Assembly: GCF_030684315.1 (NCBI RefSeq)
Contig: NC_081400.1
Span: 8,065,464-8,129,463, forward strand
Direction: 5' to 3'
Source of the DNA: Stegostoma tigrinum
Taxonomy: Eukaryota
DNA length: 64,000 nt
Shown here: positions 61,600 through 64,000 of the stretch, in pieces
How positions within the stretch are numbered: position 1 is the first letter of the stretch
Layout of the letters: every line of letters begins with the position of its first letter
Notes under the pieces: generated by a model
Databases searched by the model: none
The model's input: only the letters and a program-made list of their open reading frames with translations
What the model was told of the DNA's origin: nothing
Program-made: the position numbers and the translations under genes

Positions 61600-64000
61600 T
61601 CTTCTAAATCCTCAGTTCACTGCTTTTCCTTCGGCTTCTCCACTACAATGGGCATTGCTCCCACCTTTGATCCTGTTAGATTGTTTCCAGAAGCAGACTG
61701 CATGCTTGGAATTGATATTCTTTCAATCACTCCCACTGTCACTTCCCCAGCCTTGTATGACCTGATCTTACATGGGGAACACTAAATCTTTGTCCATCTA
61801 TTCCACAGATTGCCGCTGTCTCGGGGAACATTTCAGAAAGAGTGCCAATGTTTACGTTTCTTACTATTAGAGACTGACTAGTTCCTGTACCTCTCAATAT
61901 TGCAACTTCTTTACCTGCTCCTTCATTCTTTTTAAATAAACCTTACCTACAGAGGTAAAGTCTTTGTAGAGATCCAACAATGTGTCACTCTTCATCCCGT
62001 CAATAGGTAGAACACTCTCCTGCAGCTCCTTGGCTCCTTTCAGGATTTTCTTCACTACCTCAACCAATCCCACTGGCTTAGCATCTTTTACCACATCCTT
62101 TTTCTCAGTATCTTTCTTAAACCACCAGCCCTGTGACTTTGTGCGTTGCACCCTCTGGCAGTGAAAACATCTTTTGACAGTATCTTTCTTAAACTGGCAC
62201 TGAGTCACTGTGTGTTCCAATCCTTGACAGTGAAAACGTCTAAAGCATCTTGGCTTCTTTTCACCAACTTCTTTTTCATTTGTGGTAAACTGTCCCAGCG
62301 TGATCTACCTTTTGTTTTTCATTGGAGGATCTAATTTTTCCTCCAATTACGAATGTGTCTGGGATGAAATTGTTATCGGAAGCTAAATTTCAGTACTTTG
62401 ATAAGTGAATAAACATCCTTCATCTCTGCAGCTTCTCTTACTTTGGTAAATTTCTGTTCTTCAGTATGAGTTCTTATCATCTCTGGAAGTGAGTTTTAAA
62501 ACTACTCCAGCAGAATAATCTCTCCAAAATCCTCATATGTTTTCTCTCTATCTTTAATGCTCTCACACATCTATTGAAGTTGATGTCATTAATTCTTTAA
62601 AACTCAACAAAACTCTGACTTGGTTCCTTCTATATGTTTCTGAACCATTGTCTATATGCTTCTGATACTAATTCGTAGGCACTGAAAATAGCTTGTTTTA
62701 CTTCTTTGTAACCTCTTGACACCTCGTCTGACAACGCTGCGAATATCTCACCATCTCTGCCGACCAACTTAGTATGAATTAATGTCATCTACATATCCTC
62801 TAGCATTTTATCTGCTTCACAAATTTCTCCAAAAAAATGAAAAAGGCTTCAACAGCTTTGCCAGTGATTTTTGGTAACATTTTGACATTTTTCTGTATTT
62901 TGACATTTTGTTGGATACCGTGAGTTTGCTTATTCTCATTTCTATCTTGTACTTTTCCTTCTACCATTTGAAGTCTTTTTGTTTCAGGTTCCAACTCCAT
63001 CTTTTCTAAGGTGAACATTCTCTCTCTCTCTCTCTTTCCTTTTCCTCTCCTTGTAACCATAATTTAGTTCTCTCGCCTTCTTTTCATTCTCTAACTCCAG
63101 TTGTCTTACTTGCAATGTATGTTTAATTTTACAATGCCACTGCATTTGCCAGCTTCTCCGGTATAACTAATTGCTTGACTAACTCCATTAGAATTTCAGC
63201 TTTCCTTTTATCTCGAGTTAAACCGAATTCTAATTCATTTGTGAATTCTAATAATATATCATCCCTCTGCCTTTCTAAACTTCCTTGGAAATTTTGTGAA
63301 GCATCTTTAAAACCTCAGAACCTCTTTAACAATTTTAAAAGCCATTTAATTTGTGTTTGATTTAACCAACCACACGTAACCTAAATTAAACATATTTTTC
63401 TTACTAAAGTTTCAATTGAAGAACTAGTACACTCATTCCTGGCTGTAAAAAAAACCAAATCCTTCCAGATCCTGAACTTAATCGACCAAATCCCGGTCTT
63501 GAGTGCCCAATTTTTGTCATGACTGTGACTGGCCAGAACCCTGTGTTAATTAAGCCAAAATACAAGTTCCAATCTGCTATGACAGCAGTCAGGATTCCCT
63601 TTAATAAATACTCCCAAAACACCCAGAGAAGCTTATCTTTCCCCCTCACAATCTATTGAAGTACTGGCTAAAAGAAAGAAAGCCCCTGACCTCCAATTTA
63701 CAAGTAACAAGAACCAAGTTATTGATTTAATCCAATAATGAACAAATCAACAAAATTATTGGACGACTAACTATTCCCTAATTGATCTAAATTCGAATGT
63801 ACTGCTTTTTAAGTAAAGACAAGTCCCAGTAATATAAACTGAATTAATAAGAAGCAATAAGTTATAACTTAATCTGTCCAATTTTACACAGACAGTCTGC
63901 TGGAATATTCTGTCATATCTGGTCTCTGCACAAACATTTTTTTCCCGGTAATTGTGGTGTTAGGTATGTTTTATCTCTATGATTTCTGCAATGAGGACTT
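61600..64000 (-). mobile_element. Second decayed Gmr1-like Gypsy element (LTR, PBS, gag, start of protease)
   Basis: LTR edge TGTCA at 63515; PBS resembling the tRNA-Pro 3' end at 63490-63509; gag-like VEAFFIFLEK; knuckle RCFHC..GWW; protease-like ILRGTG..SQSL near 61880. Confidence 0.72.

Overview
This is repeat-rich vertebrate genomic DNA, most likely from a shark or other elasmobranch, judging by HE1-type V-SINEs, CR1 LINEs with (TTCTATG)n tails and Penelope-like elements. Most of the window is transposon debris, and most short ORFs in the track are its off-frame products. One host gene can be rebuilt by hand on the minus strand: a non-rearranging antigen-receptor-like Ig-superfamily gene. 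It has a germline-joined V+J exon (38998-39336), a C1-like constant exon (38606-38908), a stalk/uncharged transmembrane exon (34639-34749), a cytoplasmic exon (34459-34502) and a probable terminal exon encoding AVYAHV (19249-19278). All of these junctions are GT-AG and phase-compatible; the leader exon is uncertain. The large downstream intron holds a very young 6.9-kb Neptune-type Penelope insertion (25764-32672). It consists of an intact RT+GIY-YIG ORF, a 5' pLTR, a 2.6-kb inverted arm and three hammerhead-like motifs, bounded by a 15-bp target-site duplication and nested in a CR1 that itself split a SINE. Also present: a 19-bp minisatellite, a near full-length decayed CR1, two decayed Gmr1-like Gypsy elements, and a tRNA-Pro(AGG) pseudogene with an 18-nt insert at the intron position. 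Repeat family names and boundaries of old elements come from motif recognition by eye and are approximate.
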